Shown in pieces: positions 60,553 through 64,000 of a DNA stretch of 64,000 bases (its first letter is position 1; the number at the start of each line of letters is the position of its first letter). The position numbers and the translations under genes were made by a program. The stretch comes from Amoebophrya sp. A120 (taxonomy: Eukaryota > Protista > Dinoflagellata): assembly GCA_905178155.1 (NCBI GenBank), contig CAJINV010000001.1, positions 16,395,166 to 16,459,165 of the forward strand, written 5' to 3'. Below the pieces are notes generated by a model. The model searched no databases, was not told where the DNA came from, and saw only the letters and a program-made list of their open reading frames with translations.

Positions 60553-62023
60553 TTTACGTAAAAATGTAGTAACACTAGTGCAGACATTGCTGTCGATCTT
60601 TTCACTCTAGCACCAACTGAACAGATCGGTACAGGAAGTGACTAGACATCTGTGTTTTTTTTGTTGTGCTGGTGCAAGAACAATCTTCGGTCACTCTTTC
60701 TTTGTTCCTGCAATACAAGTTTTTTTTTCGTTTTTGGCGGAAGCATACGAATTCCCTTTTTCTTGCTGTCGAGGCTCCTTTTCTTCATTTCGTTCACTTG
60801 TATATGGCTGTCGCCATATACACTATGTATCTCCAGAACCAGTTTACAATGTAAAGACCACATCTAAGTAGCTGCACTTGACTGAGTTAGTTTCACAAAT
60901 GTAGAAATATTTTCATCTTGTTCCTACTTACGCAAGGGCAAACGAAGCTATCCTCAAATAACACGTAGAGAAGCCATATCCAAAAGGTCCAGCTCATTTT
61001 TGGTTTGGCTTCCTTGTTCGTCCCGATCGAAGATTATGACAATTTCAAGTAATGAAGGAACAGCTTGGCATCTCTCCTTTCTGTCATCTTCAGACCCTCA
61101 GATGTACAATGTGAGCCTGCCATTGCACTGACAATGAGGCTAGTGAAATCCGATTAGGCTAGAAATTTCCCAAAAGAGCGTGTCACATCAGCGCCGAAAA
61201 GCAACTTCGCAGATTTTCAATTTCAGTTATTCCATTGTCGCACCCAGAGGACGCGTAGTGAACGGCAATGGCTTCTTCCCGTGTGGTTCGATAGAGAATG
61301 GCACACGCAGCGAAACAAGAGCCCTTGATCATACGCGGGCTTAATATTAGGAGTAGTGCTTTCGGTCGCTCCCTGTCCCTCCCAGGTAAAGTAGATAGAT
61401 TACCCAGGAAGGGGCTGAATCAAGTAAAGCTAAGAGACAATTTTTGCACTACTTGCGACTAAGGATTCATGGGAACGAACGCTTTTTCTGCGTCGCTTTA
61501 ACGGCCTGCTGGGATGAGAGATAGAGGGAGAGAGGTGCTAGAGCACATAGATCAAATGAAGGCGCGAAGGAGTAAGGACCTTTGGGTAAAAACCTCATGG
61601 TCAGTTACTCATCATCAAAGTACTGGGCCGTATTTTTTTCTTGAGTTGCCTTGCGGACTGGCTGCTGGAAAAGAACCTTTTGAATTGAAGAGTTTCGATG
61701 TTTCCTTGCTTCCTCATCTCCAGCACAAAGTCTAGTAGCTTTGCCCCTGCCGTGCATGCGATAGGAGCATTAAACTATTTTACGTAAAAGTGTAGTAACA
61801 GTAGTGCAGACATTGCTGTCGTTCTTTTCACTCTAGCACCAACTGAACAGATCGGTACAGGAAGTGACTAGACATCTGTGTTTTTTTTTGTTGTGCTGGT
61901 GCAAGAACAATCTTCGGTCACTCTTTCTTTGTTCCTGCAATACAAGATTTTTTTTCGTTTTTGGCGGAAGCATACGAATTCCCTTTTTCTTGCTGTCGAG
62001 GCTCCTTTTCTTCATTTCGTTCA
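60553..62023. repeat. ~245-bp direct repeats flanking ~980 bp of unique non-coding DNA
   Basis: 60553-60796 and 61779-62023 differ at only a few positions. Confidence 0.9.
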
Positions 62024-62253
62024 TTGCAATGAAGCACATGTGGAACAAAGATAGAGTAGTTTAGGCACGCCTGTTAGCAAATATTATTGGGATGTAGAAG
62101 CGAGAGCGACGAGACATGCGCAAAGAAATCACACAGGAGCACCTTTTCCATTTTACACCTTTTCGGCACACATAAAAGTCGCTCACTTATTCGCTTTTTG
62201 TCCAGAGGACCAGATCACAAATCACTTGCAAAAAACGGCAAAGCACAGCGAAA

Positions 62254-63876
62254 ATGTTGAGCTCCAACCCGGCAGGTGAGATTGAGCCTACAGCCTCGCG
62301 CGCCACCTCTGTCGCAAGTGCTGCGGAGGCGCCTGCAACTTTCGGACTGGAGGTCCTGGACTTGCGTGGGAAGCAGCTATGTCTCGAACCGCGCTCGTGG
62401 ATCGCTGCAACAACTACGAAGAAGCAAGTAAAGCAGGCCATTGCAAAGGCTTGGCTGCTCTCCGAACGCAATACGGAAAAGAAGCGTAGCTGTTTTTGGG
62501 GGCGCGTTTTCGTCTTCCCCACGGGCGCTGAAATGGCTCAGCAGTGCAGCGTAGGAAGTCTCGACGTAGTGCAGGACGAGGAAAACTTCGCCGATTGGTG
62601 GCAGGGCCTGCAGGAGGAGGACAAGGAAGAGCAGACGACAAAGCCATCCCTCACATTCTTCGTACGCTACCGCAAAACCTTCGGGAGCCGCGAGGAACTA
62701 GATGTTGCGCTCCGTCCTTATTTGGAGGAAGGAAACGGCGACGGAACCCGAAGTGCGGAGCAACAGGCGAAAATTGAAGAAAGCGAGCAAGTCTATGGAA
62801 AGATCATTACGTGGGACGTAAGTGGTGTGAAAAATTTGCGGGAATTGTTTCAATATCAGACCGAGTTTAATCTTGACATCCGCGGTTGGGACGTTTCCGG
62901 TGCGGAATGTATGAGATATATGTTCTACGACGCGTGCCGATTCAACCAGCCGGTAGAGGATTGGGATGTTGGCAACGTGGAAGACATGACCGGAATGTTC
63001 TGCGGTGCGGAGGATTTCAACCAGCCCCTCGCCTCTTGGAACGTCAGCAACGTGGAAGACATGCGCTGGATGTTTTCGCTCGCGCTAACGTTCAACCAGC
63101 CGCTCGCATCTTGGGACGTCAGCAACGTGAAAGACATGTCGGGGATGTTCAACAGCGCACGGAATTTCAACGAGCCCCTCGCCTCTTGGAACGTCAGCAA
63201 CGTGCGCAGCATGGGGTCGATGCTCTATGGTGCGCTGAATTTCAACCAGCCCCTCGCCTCTTGGAACGTCAGCAACGTGCGCGACATGAGTTCGATGCTC
63301 AGTCAAGCACTGAATTTCAACCAGCCCCTCGCCTCTTGGAATGTCAGCGGCGTGGAAGACATGGAGTTCATGTTTGTGAGCGCGCAAAGGTTCAGCCAGC
63401 CACTTGCATCTTGGAACGTCAGCAACGTGCGCAGCATGAGGTATATGTTCCAAGGCGCCACAGAGTTCAGCTATCCGCTGGACAGCTGGCAGGTGCAGGC
63501 GGGTACCAATCTCGACGGCATCACTTGCGGCGCCTCCTCCTACACACACGGGCTGCCGCAGAGGGTCCTTGACGATGCTGGCAACATCATCACCGAGGCA
63601 GTGCAAGTGGATTCGGATAGCGATTTTGAAGCCGAGGACGAGGGCACCAGCGACAGCGACGGCGATTCAGGTATGTCTGAGCTTTGGTTGCCCTGCTTCA
63701 TCATGGCTCCAGAGCCAAAATCTAATGAAGGCTTGCAATCAGTAGTTTCTCTTCTCTGCAGATATCATTTCGATGAAATTTTCGCAGGTAGTCATGTCGA
63801 CGGCGATGAAGAGGAGGAAGATGCCGAATCCCACTTAGATTCCGAGGGGCTGCAGGAAGATGCTGGACTTGAGTAG
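62254..63876 (+). CDS. DUF285 / BspA-like 25-aa repeat protein
   Basis: About 9 repeats of WDVSNVxDMxxMF..AxxFNQPL with an acidic tail. A small intron near 63671 is possible. Confidence 0.88.
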   Translation: MLSSNPAGEIEPTASRATSVASAAEAPATFGLEVLDLRGKQLCLEPRSWIAATTTKKQVKQAIAKAWLLSERNTEKKRSCFWGRVFVFPTGAEMAQQCSVGSLDVVQDEENFADWWQGLQEEDKEEQTTKPSLTFFVRYRKTFGSREELDVALRPYLEEGNGDGTRSAEQQAKIEESEQVYGKIITWDVSGVKNLRELFQYQTEFNLDIRGWDVSGAECMRYMFYDACRFNQPVEDWDVGNVEDMTGMFCGAEDFNQPLASWNVSNVEDMRWMFSLALTFNQPLASWDVSNVKDMSGMFNSARNFNEPLASWNVSNVRSMGSMLYGALNFNQPLASWNVSNVRDMSSMLSQALNFNQPLASWNVSGVEDMEFMFVSAQRFSQPLASWNVSNVRSMRYMFQGATEFSYPLDSWQVQAGTNLDGITCGASSYTHGLPQRVLDDAGNIITEAVQVDSDSDFEAEDEGTSDSDGDSGMSELWLPCFIMAPEPKSNEGLQSVVSLLCRYHFDEIFAGSHVDGDEEEEDAESHLDSEGLQEDAGLE

Positions 63877-64000
63877 GATTCCAATCGCGAGGAACAAAAC
63901 AGAGTCAGGATTTCACACGTGGGCCTTCTTGTCACAGCAAACGTTCAGAATGGCCGCTCTATTTGATAGGAGGGCACCAAGAGGGCGTCTTGCGTTGAAG

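Overview
Eukaryotic, intron-rich, gene-dense DNA. All ~16 genes I can reconstruct lie on the + strand. That, together with DinoSL-like sequences and inverted-repeat introns, suggests a dinoflagellate-lineage alveolate, possibly Syndiniales/Amoebophrya-like (inference). Recognisable genes: RPS24, CEP131, a HOOK-domain coiled-coil protein ending in CaaX, strawberry-notch (SBNO), a CDPK, a single-polypeptide E1alpha-E1beta-(lipoyl)2-E2 2-oxoacid dehydrogenase, RBX1, a CFAP52-like WD40 protein, calcineurin A, a Cys-rich surface protein, a PhyH-type dioxygenase and a DUF285 repeat protein. Three non-genic systems stand out. (1) Two ~1-kb non-coding insertions at gene 3' ends carry tandem spliced-leader-RNA-gene-like units with fixed spacing and variable leaders; one has 76-bp terminal inverted repeats (TIRs). 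(2) A family of TA...TA TIR elements with 5-bp target-site duplications (TSDs) sits inside conserved exons and apparently must be removed as introns, several non-canonically. (3) At least four insertions, including a captured intron-containing gene fragment, are each flanked by 43-76-bp duplications of host coding sequence. All gene models and coordinates were derived by eye without RNA data.
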